A stretch of DNA of 64,000 bases from assembly GCF_023055435.1 (NCBI RefSeq), contig NW_025964372.1, positions 44,268,001-44,332,000 of the forward strand, in the 5' to 3' direction. Made by a program: the position numbers and the translations under genes. Shown in pieces: positions 38,403 through 51,787 of the stretch (positions are counted from its first letter, which is position 1; every line of letters starts with the position of its first letter). Source of the stretch: Haliotis rufescens (Eukaryota). The notes under the pieces were generated by a model. It was not told where the DNA came from, searched no databases, and saw only the letters and a program-made list of their open reading frames with translations.

Positions 38403-40078
38403 AATACACAAAGCAGTTGCAATTACATTCATCAAACCGACGACACCAATGACACCAGCGACTATTGGACTCCACCCAATGAGTTTTATTCAGAATATAT
38501 CATTCATTAACAATTCACACGTTTCTGTTAAGCATCATTCAACGTTTCCGAACCGTACGCCTAAAACATCTACCTACAAATATACATATGAGGTCAACGC
38601 TGCTATAACTGGTGCATGGTGTTTCAGAACAGCGTGATTCATCGCCTAAAGATGACATACAACTGTTATAATATGTCCCAGTGTTAACGAGCGTTAACGT
38701 TTACCCCATGTATAAGAAGATTAACAGGCGCACGGTGCCTCTTGACACTGAGACAGTCTGTTTTTGTTGCCACCCGGGCGTCTCATAATTCTTAAATCAT
38801 TCACCTTTCAGACTAATAGGGTAGTAGATCCCTACCAGGTTGAATAATCCGTCGTAAATAATTATCACAATAACGTTCACATACCGTATGCGTATATGTC
38901 ACATTACGCATCCCGTTTGGCACGGGATGAGCAAGGTGGTGACATTTATGCTCGAGTGGGGTCCGCGAGTGACACAGGCGAGCCCGTATCGAGAATAAAT
39001 AGTGTTTTCCTCTTCACTGTGGTATCAACTCGTGTATCCTTAATTAGGGCCCGTGTTGGAGGCTGTTCGGCCCTGAATGGTAATTACAACGTGCCGGCGT
39101 GTTCACCCCCAGGATCTCGTTACCCAGATTTGATACGGACTATAGCTCGACTAACGAGACGTGAAGCCAGACCACACGTACTCTCAACCGCTCAGGTGTT
39201 AACCAACAGGTAAACCGGCGTTCTTCATTTACCTGTGCTCACACCTGGTCGGAGGAGGGGACATGTGTTGCTGAATCAGCTAAAGAACTGCCCAAGACAG
39301 TGGTTCGTTAGAGTTCTTGGACGAATTAAGAGTTGACTTTAAGTTGACGACGATTTGTGTTTGTCTTTCGCTTTGGGGATGTCATTGGAGTTTAGCATTA
39401 TTAAAGAAAACGGATAACGCCAACAAGTACACGAAAGTCCTTATACGATTGAAGGATCATCAATTAAAAAAGAACTTATTTACAGAAACTCAAGCAGCAA
39501 AAGTACGGGATATCCATTGCAATGAGTACGTCGCTGAGATCCCAGAGAAGAAACCAACAGACAATTAAACGTTTGTAATTACACAGTGTGGAGGAACGCA
39601 AAACACCCCTTTGTGGTTGAAGAAACTTCGTGTGATACAGGCAATAATGTCAGTCTTAATATCAGAACAGATGGAAGTACATTTTACAACACCAAACAAA
39701 GGGTTTATGGCAAGAGTTGATTTTGTTCGTGAGTTCCTCGCAGTTTGATTGTCAACAGTTAAGAAGTGTATTGAATAAGCCCAAATTTCAACTGAGTTTC
39801 AACATAAACCTATATTTTTTATGGTTATTTTCCAGTTTGATCGTTTTTGTTTGTTTCTTAACTGTGAGTGTAATCATATTTAACGAGAGATAATTTCTCG
39901 AGAAGATTTCCCACCCGGTTTACGGCGCTGAGAATAAGTACTTTCAATTATTTGTTTATAAAATACACCCGGATTTATTTCTGAGATGTGGTGGGACTCA
40001 TGTGGGATACGACTAAATTACGTTGGAAATTAATAAAGTTAACCTACATTAAAGATTCGTGTGCGAAGAACTGAGAAG

Positions 40079-40189
40079 ATGAACTCCAGACAATGTATGG
40101 GCATACTCCACGTTATCACAGTGTGTTTTGTATTCAGCCATACTGGAGTACAGTCACGTGATAGAACAAAGGGAACAGACCATAAAAAG
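40079..40189 (+). CDS. ADAMTSL2: ADAMTSL2-like coding exon 1: signal peptide MNSRQCMGILHVITVCFVFSHTGVQSRDRTKGTDHKK
   Basis: ATG, hydrophobic core and AAG|gtaggc phase-0 donor matching the next exon. Confidence 0.75.
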
Positions 40190-41940
40190 GTAGGCATTTG
40201 ATATACCTCATAACGCAACTGTGTAATAAAGTGGTTGAAGATTAGTGCTTTTATATCAAGTGAAATATGAGAACTTCATCGGAATGCTATAAAGCTGTCT
40301 TATCTTTCTCTCTTTGGGTTTAATGTATGTATATGTGTGTATATTTTACACAATAAACAGAACATTTGGTGTTTCCTTTCAAATAAAATGTTTTATCAGT
40401 CGCCCTTATAAAATGGAAAAGATATTTGACAAGCCGATGAATTAATCTTCGTCTATTTTCGTCTGCATATGAAAAATCATCACATTTTAGAATGTGTCAA
40501 ACATAAGCTCCAATGAATTACATCTCAAACAGCTGTCTAAATCCTGTAATTTAATCCCACAGTAAAAAACTGTTTTATATGTAAAAGTGTACGGGTCCTC
40601 TTCCCAAGAGTTTAGTAAATCACCATGCTGTTTCCAGCCATATACTTGTGAGGTCCCCGCGTTGCCTCAGTGACACTGACAGTCAGTTGTTAATCTTCTC
40701 AGCACCCCAGTGATATTTGTTCCCCTAACGTGTCAACAACCCGGATAAAGCATTGCGGATTGTCCGAGACCCCGTCTGTCATTATTTCAGCAATAGCTGT
40801 GAATTTAAAAAAAATGTTTGATGTCGAGTCTCGGTTTCAATGCAATATGTAGAAAATCTACATGAAAGAAACGATTTGCGTCTTTCCAACTATTGTTGAC
40901 TGACACGTTTGAGCGAGCGTCTGGGGTTATGTATTGCAACCACTTTCAACATTCCATAAAACTCACAAAAATGTTAGAACTAATTTTAACTGTATGAATA
41001 TATCGTCTTTTGTGTTCATTCTCAAGGTGAATTCTAATAAATACCTACATATACGTAATCTCAAGCCTTCAAGACTTTCGGCCTTCATCGAATAACCTCC
41101 TTTGGTTGAGCACTACATTTAGTATAGGTGAGGTGAGGTGAAATGGGGTTTAACGTCGCGTCCAAGATTATTGCACTTATATAGCGACGTGCATGTACGT
41201 GTGTGTGTTTGTGTTGCTGCTTGTACTAGTCCGGACTGATGCCGATTTATAGTGCTAGCTCACTGAGATACCATGCCACAGTTCAACATGAATACCCCAC
41301 TCAGACACAGTATACTGACTCCGAGCCGACCAGTCCTTGTTTTAGTCCCTTAATGCCGAGCGCCAGACAGGGTAACAACGTTATAACGGTATGGCGTTAT
41401 AAAAATGCAAATATAGGTCAGGTTAAACAAGAAATAGAATCTAACCAACATCAAAGAAACACCTACCAAAGATTAAATGGTTTGGGCCCGAGATCTGAAC
41501 GAAACTGTCAACAAATATCGATGAATTAAACACAATCCTGTCTTTAAGTGAGATCAGTTAATGTAAAGGCAGATTTTAGCAGCAAATTGGTCAATTATAG
41601 AAGCAAAAGTCTTCAGTCAATTAAGATCATCATCTAAACAGCCTGGTAAAAGAGCGTATGCACCCCGGTATTATGGTGACTAAAGATGAAACCATTTAGA
41701 AACAGTTATTCAATGATAATGTATTTGATACAGATATCCTAGTTGTGTTTTGGACCTGAATTGTGAGACTGTTTTATGTCTAATAACATTTTGATAACGT
41801 TTGTAATTGTTTGGGTCAAATCCAATGTTCAAGTGCATAGCTTTTTTTGTCCGACAGTTAAACCTTCAGCATAATAACTTTTATCATATAATGAATAGTG
41901 TAATCGATCCAATGAACCAATCCATTTACTGAGTATCACG

Positions 41941-41943
<3 letters not shown>

Positions 41944-41991
<48 letters not shown>
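41944..41991. repeat. (TG)n microsatellite
   Basis: Seen directly. Confidence 0.97.
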
Positions 41992-41992
<1 letters not shown>

Positions 41993-42556
41993 CATAATGC
42001 ATATTTCATATTTCTAACTGTATGTTTTTTACGATACGGAAATTACTCGGATGTTCTTTAGGCGAGCTCACATGGATGTTCATTAATCGTTACGACACTT
42101 ACTGTAAAGCTATTAGCTAGATCGTCCTGCTCACAATCAAGCTGCTATCCGTTAAAGAGGCGGACATTTCCTGTGAGATAACTGTTGGGACTGTTGGGAC
42201 TGTTGGGAAAAGAACCATGGATAAATTCATAACTTGAAATTACTTTGATCACCACAGCATATCCCTTAATTTTCTATCCTTCTTGTTAAAAAAGAATTTA
42301 GATTAAGCTACGTTTATGATTCATATTGTTATGATATACTTTATTCGTTATGAAACGTCAAAGACGGCGCCAAAACGACGCTATGTCAGCACATAATAAT
42401 GGACACGAAATGTATTTTGCTGTTATTAAACTTAAGTGTTATGACTGTCGTTCTTAACAGCTTCTATTATATTTTGAATGGCCGACGGTAGTTAGGCTTA
42501 ATGTGTTGTAGATTTCATGGGGAAATAAGGCTTTTGAGGCAAACGTATTTTTTCAG

Positions 42557-42660
42557 ATCTCTTGTGACTTCCGGTGGAGCGCCTGGAGCGAGTTCTCGCC
42601 ATGTTCTCGTTCGTGTGGTCTCGGCATGAAAGCTCGTCACCGTACGTGCTACGAGTATGG
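42557..42660 (+). CDS. ADAMTSL2: ADAMTSL2-like exon 2: TSR1 N-half (ISCDFRWSAWSEFSPCSRSCGLGMKARHRTCYEY)
   Basis: WSxWS..CSRSCG.G..R.R.C thrombospondin type-1 motif; tttcag| and |gtaagt; phase 0/2. Confidence 0.93.
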
Positions 42661-42773
42661 GTAAGTGGCAAGACCAGGCTATTCATGTGACCAAAGACGA
42701 AACGTGTAACGATGGGAATAAAACTATAACCTCACATAATTCAGGGTTCGCATGCACCTTTTTACACACAGGT

Positions 42774-43015
42774 GACCCGTGAAGATCCGGGGTAGAATAG
42801 GTCTTCAGAAACCTATGCTTGCTATAATAGGCAACTAACGGGATCTGGTGATCAGGCTCGCTGACTTAGTTGATGCACGTCATCGTATCCCAATTACGTG
42901 GATCGATGCTCATGATGTGAAACACTGGATTGTCTGGTCCAGACACGATATACAGACCGCCACAATATAATTTAGCTGGAATTTTGCTGAGTGCGGCGTT
43001 AAACAACAAACAAAC
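42774..43015 (+). mobile_element. Family B
   Basis: Full head; TSD ACACACAGGT. Confidence 0.87.
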
Positions 43016-43104
43016 ACACAGGTATGTAAGTATGATGCATAAGTACAAGAGGTAACTTGCATGTATGCAAACATAAACCGAAGACCTAAACGTTGTTTTG
43101 TTTT

Positions 43105-43351
43105 GCTTTTTGTTTAACGCCGCACTCAGAAATATTTCAACTATATGAACACGGTCTGTAAATCATCAAGTCTGGACCAGACAATCCAGTGATTGATATC
43201 ATGAGCATCGATCCACGCAATTGGGATACGATGACATTCATTAACCAAGTCAGCGAGCCCGACCCCGTTAGTCGCTTCTTACGACAAGCATAGTCGCCCT
43301 TTACAACATGCATGGGTTGCTGAAGACCTATTCTACCCCGGATCTTCCCGG
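43105..43351 (-). mobile_element. Family B, inverted partner of the 42774 copy
   Basis: Consensus match. Confidence 0.85.
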
Positions 43352-44035
43352 ATACCAAAACGTATAAATGTACATCGGTTTCTGACGCAGAATTGACCAC
43401 AAAACGTCTTCAAAGCAAGCTGACGACATGTCCATTCCTCTTTTGTACTGACTTCTAGAGCTACAATCACATCCCTACAAAGAAAGATGTGTTGTATGCC
43501 CAGAGAATAATTACAGGTTTAGCCACAATAAATGATTCTACAATATGCAAAGTATTTGCTGAAATATTTGCAATCTCAGAAAAGAACCAAGTTCAATTCT
43601 GTCAAATCATTTGATCTTTTCACCCTGTAATCGCACACGCCAAATTAGAAAAAAGCTTAATTCCTTGACCAGTGTGTATTTGGCAATAAACATGGTGACA
43701 ATAGATAATATTGCACTGACATCTCTGTCATAAAAGGTTCAGGACAACTTGTCAATAATGAAAGCAAATGTCGAATGCATTTCACTGTGAAACACAATAT
43801 GTAATATCCTGAACTTTCTCAAATGTAACATTGTGCGGAATTTGGGGATAGGACATTAAGCCAAGAAGTAGGCATCCCAATTGGCACCGATTATGCTCCC
43901 CCCCCCCCCCCCCCCCTGCTGATCTGTTTCTTTGTGTATATGAATCAGAATTTCTGCTCTGATTGGTAAAATCAAAACAGAGGCATTTACCCACAAAGTT
44001 TAGCTTCAGGTATATCAATGATCTGATATCGTTCT
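43352..44035 (+). mobile_element. Decayed Penelope-like element RT fragment
   Basis: Ordered motifs KSFDLFTL, QEVGIPIGTDYAP..ADLFLCVYESEF and FRYINDL (PLE GIPMG.N.AP..ADLFL and RYIDD). Confidence 0.8.
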
Positions 44036-44059
44036 AGACAAACATATTGTATATGAAAT

Positions 44060-44900
44060 CTTTTTTTACACATTCCCGTGGTTATTGAGGTGGTCACTTG
44101 ACTTTCCGTTGCATGTGTTTGTGACACTCACCTTTTCGCGAACACCTGGTATCATGACTATTTTATAGGTTTTTTTTACACATTCCCGTGGTTGTTGAGG
44201 TGGTCACTTGACTTTCCGTTGCATGTGTTTGTGACACTAACCTTTTCGCGAACACCTGGTATCATCACTATTTAATAGTGATTCTTAAACACATGCTTAT
44301 GATATAGGTAGAATCGCACAATGGAATCGTGAGCATATTTTAACTCAAAACTATGTACAAATCAGCCAATTGACCTTTTGGCTATCAATACTTGAGAAAA
44401 CAAAGTCCAACTTTGATTTGGATGCAGGAAGTACATTATTTGCATGTGCATGTGCATGTGTGCCTCTGCATGTGTTTGTGACGGGTGCAACCAGTGGGGC
44501 AGGATGTGCTCATCTTTTCGCTGACCCGTGAAGATTCCGGGGTAGAATAGGTCTTCAGCAACCCATGCTTGCCGTAAAAGGTGACTAAGCTTGTCGTAAA
44601 AGGCGACTAACGGGATCGGGTGGTCAGGTTCGCTGACTTGGTTGATGCATGTCATCGATCCCAAACACGTGGATCGATCCCCATGATAATAATCACTGGA
44701 TTGTCTGGTCCAGACTCAATTATTTACAGACCGCCGTCATATAGCTGTAATATTGCTGAGTGCGGCGTTAAACAACAAATCAACCAACCAACCAACCAGC
44801 CAATCATCTTTTCGCTAACACCTGGTGTCATCACTATTTTAGTGTGATTCATTGACATGTGCTGACGATATTGGCAGAGTCTTTCTGTGGACTCTGCTTT
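44060..44900 (+). repeat. Repeated non-coding tail downstream of the PLE RT (110-bp tandem duplicate plus a third copy split by family B); another copy at 31265-31460
   Basis: TTGCATGTGTTTGTGAC...CACCTTTTCGCDAACACCWGGTATCATCACT recurs four times in the window. Confidence 0.7.
44523..44803 (+). mobile_element. Family B, full length
   Basis: TSD TCATCTTTTCGCT; inserted into a Penelope-tail repeat. Confidence 0.92.
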
Positions 44901-45749
44901 CAGCAGAGATCTCATATGGACAATATGGTTAAGGGTAGGTTTATGATTGTCGCACAGACAATAATCATTAATGTACGAAGACACACCAAACATATTTTAG
45001 CTTGAATATACCTTGGGTTCTCGTCACTCTTGTTCGAGATATGGAGAAAGCCGTGAATATTTTTAAAAAACAACCTTTTTCGGGAACTTTGAATTCAAAG
45101 TGAAACAAAAACATTTTCATTAAATTTTTAATAAGGAAATATTTGTCCGGTTTTTATTATCGCGACCCTCTCCAAAGTTATTTTTCATGACTCTATGAAA
45201 GCACATGTTTGACCTTATGATAGACATACATTCTTTAGGAACCTTTTAATAGTGTCACTTATGCACAGGCGGATTCAGGCACAGCTGACACAGGCTTACA
45301 CTTAAGGTGTCTGGAGCAAGGTAGTGGGGCATGTATATTCACCCAACTCCTCCTGTCTCCGGGGAAAGTAAATTATCCAAAACATTCAACGCAGTATGTG
45401 TATTCTTTTATACATTTATTTATCGCAATAGTTTCGCAATTAGGTTGAATGTCATGTCGACCGAATACCGTATTTGTTTCAAAGAGAAACCTGTAAACCA
45501 TGTAATGTTGAAAGGCCTAAGTGTCTTATTTAAGCCTCAATTTGATGGGGAACTAGCACCTGGTCCGAGAAGGTCGTCCCGGTAAACTCAGTCCTATAAA
45601 ACCCCAGCAGGAACTCCCATGACGAAGAATACCCTGCTCACATCAATGTTATATATTCATCGTCACCTACTGACACAGAACAGGAATACTGATACTTTAA
45701 TACAGGGATATGTTCCATCCGAGATATTATCAGTGGAGATGTTGATAAG

Positions 45750-46145
45750 TCCGACTGTGGCACTGTCTCTCCTTGCGTGACGTGACGATTGGCGACTGTC
45801 TCGGGCGTACGATCGCCATTTGTCGGTCCAACTGTGGCACTGTTTCTCCTTGCGTGACGTGACGATGGACCTCAATCTCAGGCCTAGGATCGCCATTTGT
45901 TTGACCGACTGTGGCATTGTTTCTCCACGCGTGACGTAATGATTGACAACAATCTCAGGCCAAGGATCGCCATTTGTTTGACCGACTGTGGCACTGTCTC
46001 TCCTCGCATGACGTGACTATAGGCGACAGTCTCAGGCCTAGGATGGCCATTTCGGCATTTGTTGGTCCGACTGTGGCACTGTCTCTCCTTGCTTGGCGTG
46101 GCGATAGGTCACAATCTCGGCCTATGATCGCAATTTCGGCATTTA
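45750..46145. repeat. ~77-bp GC-rich tandem repeat, 5 copies
   Basis: CCGACTGTGGCACTGTCTCTCC at 45751, 45828, 45905, 45982 and 46067. Confidence 0.9.
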
Positions 46146-47647
46146 TTTGCCCACAATACACACACCCCCCCCCCCCCCCCCCCGCCCCCGTGACTACACA
46201 GCCTCAGACCTAGGCTTTGGCTTTTTTCCACTGTGAAATACGTTTTGATGTAGCTTTAAACGAATTCTTCTCTGTCGATGAGTGTTTTAAAACTAAATCT
46301 CGCACAAACTGTATATGTTACAATCTGGTTTAGTTCTATTTAGCAGATATTCAATGAATCACACACTAGAACGGTGACGTATATTCCATAATTTTACAAG
46401 CATATGTTATGGTTAATAACTAATTTTAGTTTAATCAACCTGGCGTATATACCATAATTGTATAAGCAAGTTATAGTTAATTCATAATTGTAATCGGAAC
46501 CCGAGTGAGTTAGGTTTAACGCCGTTTAAAACGATGGTACAGTTATATCACCGCTAGTCAACTTTTTAATATGGGAGCACAGCAAATTGCGGCGCCTCAA
46601 ACGACTGTCAGACACATGTGAAATGCTGCTGCCTATGTTGAAAGCATAGATGTATAGAAGAAAAATTTTGAACTTGAACCTGGGAAATGAAAAGAGGGAT
46701 ACAGACTGCGATGTGCGCCACTGCTTTGGCAGCATCAGACAAATCTATGTGAAAGTGTAAAAACCCACAAGGCACAGCTCGTCATGATTGATATGAAGAC
46801 CTGTTTAACGCCTGTTGTGAAATAAATGAAGGCTTTGTCCGCCAAGGCTGAAGTCATGTGTGCACATTGCAAGCCCAAACCCCAGACAGACACAAACTGC
46901 AGCATCACTGTGTTTTTTCCAGGGGTCAGTGGGTGCAGACGGGCGTATACCCTTACAGATTACGGGGGTGTTAAAGCAAGGGACACGCCCTCGGGACTCA
47001 CAGGGTCCCCGGTAGACAGAGGCCTTTGAAGGCTCTGGTTTCAGCACCCTGGTTTTCCCAAGGCTTATCCACCGTCTGTAATCACAGGCACTGACTCCGA
47101 TATAACACAACGCTTGCGTTATCATTGTAAGTTAACGAACCGCGAAAGGAGCTTGGTGTTTGGTTCGCGTCATGAAAAAGTACGACAGCCTTTGATGTTC
47201 GGACAATGGGGTAAGTATTGGGAAAATGACACAGTCAAAGTGGGTTGACTGCCAAATAACAGGTTGGGGTATTCTGTCTGCACCCCCATGAGCTGCGGTC
47301 ATGTCTGAAGGACAATAGACCCTTATGTGAAGTTAGTGAGTGAGAGAGACAATAGTCCAAGAGACAATGGCATGGGTTGCACCCCAGTGGCGCATTGCCA
47401 CATCTGTAGCGACACCCACGGATTCAATATGCATCATAGGTGCTTTTCGGGACTGAAATAGGACGGTAATGATTTGAGGTAGTATCGGTATATCGCTATA
47501 CCTTGCAGAGGTTTGTGTCATGTGACACATTGGTTAACGTAATCCTGACCTGCATCACCTAGGGCTTACCTATAGTTATCTGACACCCCTGATATAACTG
47601 AAATACTGTTCAAAGCGGCGCTAAACCAAACTCACTCAGTCGTTTAA

Positions 47648-47802
47648 CTTCTTTGCGAGGCATTTAGAAGTTGGAGTACTAAGTAAGGATAAGATATATG
47701 GATGAACAACTTATATATTACAATTATTGATAACCTACACGGAAACGTCGCTCCTAATTGTAATAAAGAAGTTGTTCAATCCATATATATTTTCCTTACT
47801 TA
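47648..47802 (+). mobile_element. Second copy of the foldback element, opposite orientation, internally deleted
   Basis: Shares ~65 bp with the reverse complement of 53770-53838; core TTGATAA..CGGAAACGTCG. Confidence 0.65.
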
Positions 47803-48559
47803 TCACTCAGTCGTGCAATGTGTCGTCATGATTAATAGGTGTATGAAAACTTATACTTGTGTACAAATGAGAAAGTGTGAGTGAGTTTTGTTTAACGCCG
47901 CTTTAAACAGTATTTCAGTAATATCAGGGCTTGCCAGTTTAATGTAGGGAGAAAGCTCGAAGTGATGCAGTCTTAGACGTTTACCACTTTTGCGAAACCC
48001 GCGAAAACGTGTATGGTGCTGACAAACCAAGAATATTAATCAGGATGAATCTGGGATTCAAACCCACCTCGATGATTCAGGTGCTCCTGAGGGTGCTCTA
48101 ACCCATTTACACACAGAACACAGGTACTCCATGTATTCTTAGATGTGCACCCAATGCATTATCTGAGCCTTTCGCACATGCACGTCGCTGTCATATGCCT
48201 CCGATTCAAATAAAATACAACTGCCGATATAGTTAGGCTCTCACGAAGGAAGTTCTTCTGTTGCTACATGATCACGTGAACCTGGCGCATACAAAGCCTA
48301 CGATATGACACGTCCACTGTTGCACCAATGTGTATCGGTGGACCGATACTTCGTTGAACCATTATTGTCAGCGTGAGTGAGAACGGATTTGCGCCACTAT
48401 TAGCGATACAGAGGCAATCAGAAATCAACTTTGTATCCATGTGAAGAATCGAAACCAGGCCTTCGATGTGACGAATGAACACTGTCACTACTAGGCCACA
48501 CCCTTTCACCATTGCCATCTGCATCATTTCATAATATAAGTACGGTGTTCCTGTTCCAG

Positions 48560-48632
48560 ACCCGACCCCAGACCAGTTGATGGCAAGAACTGCAAGGGAA
48601 AGACGCGGGATCACCAGGCATGTAATACTCAG
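48560..48632 (+). CDS. ADAMTSL2: ADAMTSL2-like exon 3: TSR1 C-half (GPDPRPVDGKNCKGKTRDHQACNTQ)
   Basis: G..C.G......CNTQ motif; ttccag| and |gtaggc; phase 2/0. Confidence 0.9.
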
Positions 48633-48714
48633 GTAGGCTGTTTATTTCGTCTGCTTAAATCAGACATATCTAATAAATATTTGACCATGACATGGGTTTG
48701 TTTCCATCACCCAT

Positions 48715-48882
48715 GGGGGCGGTCGGGTAGCCTAGTGGTTGACGCGTTCGCTCGTCACGCCGAAGACCCGGGTTCGAATCCCGACATGGGAAAAATGTGT
48801 GAAGCCAATTTCTTGTGTCCCCTGCCCTGATATTGCTGGAATATTGCTAAAAGCGGCGTTAAACCATACTCACTCACTCACT
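48715..48882 (+). mobile_element. SINE family A
   Basis: Consensus match with (ACTC)n tail. Confidence 0.88.
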
Positions 48883-49097
48883 CCTCTGTGCCTTGTGCCT
48901 CGGATAGCACTGGATTAGCCTTCATGCATGATTTTGCTGTATAACGACTAAACCTTCTTCATATAGTTTGTACAGCAATTCTAATATATAGTGGGTACAC
49001 ATTTTGATTTCGAACAACGTTTATTTAACCGGGTAATGCGATAGTCACGTGAACTTGCGAAACTACTGAACCTAATTCTGGTATGTATTCCCCTATA

Positions 49098-49259
49098 GTG
49101 AGTGAGTGAGGTTTTACGCCGCTTTTAGCAATATTCCAGCAATATCACGGCGGGGGACACCAGAAATGGGCTTCACACATTGTACCCATGTCGGGAATCG
49201 AACCAGGGTCTTCGGCGTGACGAGCTAACGCTTTAACCACTAGGCTACCCGACCGCCCC
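49098..49259 (-). mobile_element. SINE family A, full length
   Basis: TSD GTATTCCCCTATAG. Confidence 0.9.
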
Positions 49260-50579
49260 TGTATTCCCCTATAGCTGGCCGCGAATACCTATGGGTTTAG
49301 ATGAACCGGGTGACATTGTTATATCACCCCGAAACAACATGACCGGTACCGTCATAGGTGACGTAAAATGGGGTTTAACGTCGCGTTAATGATTATTGCA
49401 ATTATATAGCCCCGTGCCTACACGTGTGTGTGGTTGATTGTACACGTCCGGACTTTTTCCAGTGTTAGGTTTTATAGTCCAAGTTCACTGAGACGTACAA
49501 TGCCTTAGTTTAACTCGCAGACACTTAAATATACGTATCGTGATCCGACCAGTCGTTTTCTGCCCTGAATGTAGAGCGCCAGACAGGGAAACAACACGGA
49601 CCTTAACGTCTTTTCGTATGACATGGCCATGGTATTGAACCACCGGCTTTCCGCTTTAACCACTGCACCACGGAGGTGTTTCGTAAGGGGAGCATCCTCC
49701 GTTGCCATAAAATCATGTTATTCTGCCTTTTCAATCAGGCTGTATCTCCATGGAGAATCCAAGACAAAAGGTGCCGAGTAACTCATGTTTGTTGTAAGAA
49801 ACGACTATAATGAGGATTGGGTGGTCACAATGTGCTTCCTGGCTGATCATGTGCGAGGGTTCATTGGTTAGTTCTGAGCTGTAGTCTTTGGTTGTGGACA
49901 TTTTATAATGTCTATCCACAAAAAATGGAGTCAATTGAACAGATTGTTTCACTGTGACAACAGGAGGAACGTGCAGTGATCAAGTACCAGCAGATAAAAG
50001 CCTGTGACGCAAGGAACACCAGAAATGACCCAGAGAAGCCATGATAATGTGCTGACCGGCGAAAGACTGAGTGTCATATTGCTGGTTATGTTGGCATTTT
50101 CCAGGAGAGAGTACATTCAATAGCACACACACTTCAGCAATATAGAAAGTATCAGTTAGTTGTGTTCCAAAGCTTCCTATGTCTCAAAAACGCACCAGGC
50201 ACGACGTGTCTCTTTATAATCTAGGTCTGTTTGAAGCTGAACCAGAAAGGTTCTTGCAACGATTTGTATCTTTGGATGAAATCTAGGTTCACCACTTCCA
50301 GCCCACATCAGCTGGACACGTTTTGGCCTCGTGTTTTGGGATGCCCAGCTGTCAACATACAGGACTATCTTTAAAAGGCCAAACATTAAACGGAACCGAC
50401 TATGCTGCACATTTGAGTCAATTACGGAATGAAATTAAGACTACAAGACATGGGGAACTGAGAAAAGGTGTGCTTTTTCAGCCACGAGAAGGACTTCTAT
50501 GAAACTGGGTTTTACTATTGTTTTTTTCACTTTTCACAATGAGCCCTTTACATCGATGAAGTAAGCCTGTTTACTGACG

Positions 50580-50730
50580 ACCGATATGTCCAAGATATGA
50601 CCGATATGTCCACGATATGACCGATATGTCCATAATATGACCGATATGTCCACGATATGACCGATATGTCCATGATATGACCGATATGTCCATGACATGA
50701 CCGATATGTCCATGATATGACCGATATGTC
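50580..50730. repeat. 20-bp tandem repeat, ~7.5 copies, abutting the exon 4 acceptor
   Basis: CCGATATGTCCANGATATGA. Confidence 0.95.
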
Positions 50731-50739
50731 TTATTTCAG

Positions 50740-50842
50740 CCCTGCTCGCCAGGTTCACGCGACTTCAGAGAACTCCAGTGCTCTTTCTTCAACGGGCAGA
50801 CATACAGAGGGAGAGTTCACCAATGGAAGGCTTTCACTACAC
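50740..50842 (+). CDS. ADAMTSL2: ADAMTSL2-like exon 4: start of the Cys-rich module (PCSPGSRDFRELQCSFFNGQTYRGRVHQWKAFTT)
   Basis: DFR..QC...N....G....W ADAMTS motif; tttcag| and |gtgagt; phase 0/1. Confidence 0.93.
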
Positions 50843-51327
50843 GTGAGTCTCAATCATGGCACTGTGCACGTGTGTGCCAGGTAGGGTTTGCTGGACCAAC
50901 GTTACATGGACAACAGACCCGCTACTGAAATTCCATCATATATGTGTAGAATAAAACAAGACCGAGGGGTTTTATGATATATTAAATGTCATAAAGACTC
51001 AAGGGGAAGTGCTTTATCTCATATATACACCGACAGATAAATCTGAAAATAACATTTATCAGCAATTTTATGTTTCATTCACACGTTCCATGATTCTTAT
51101 GAACCGGACGTAAAATATCTTTTACTGGCGCACTTATTGCTGGTGTAAGTATGGCTTTACGCTGCTGTTAGCAACATTGCAGTAATATCACGGTGGGGGA
51201 AACCAGTCATAAGATTTACAGTGCACTCACGTGGATATTCGAACCCAGACCGTATACACAAAATATGTTATAAAGTGCAAAATCAATTAAAAAAATATCA
51301 AAATGGCTGTCAGCAACCTAAGACGAG

Positions 51328-51586
51328 GCCCGTAAAGATCCGGGGTTGAATGAGTCTAATTTGAAAGGCGACTAAGCTTGTCGTAAGAGGCGAGTAACGG
51401 GATCGGGTGGTCAATGTCGCTCACTTTGTTGATGCATGTCGACATTCCCCAATTGTGTAGACCGATGCTCATGATATCAAACCCTGGATTGTCTGGTCCA
51501 GACTCGATTATTTACAGACCGCCGTCATATAGCTGGAATACTGCTAAGTGCGGCGTTAAACAAACAAACAAACAAACAAACAAAAC
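51328..51586 (+). mobile_element. Family B
   Basis: TSD TAAGACGAG; (AAAC)n tail. Confidence 0.85.
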
Positions 51587-51787
51587 ATAAGACGAGCTCC
51601 TATGTATCAAACGTCAACGCTAGAGAATAGCCAGTCTCGATTATCTGCCCGAACAGATTCCACCGACCGTAAAACAGCGTTGATAATGTACCTTCTGGGG
51701 ATATTATTGATTTGCTTTAAAGTGATTCTTATTTACCAATGTCTGTCATTAACATACTGGATATGTTGCTTTATTCCGTTTTTACAG

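Noticed and set aside
46800-47420. GC-richer block that might be a LINE 5' UTR or structured RNA
   Set aside because: No recognisable motif, second copy or convincing fold by eye.
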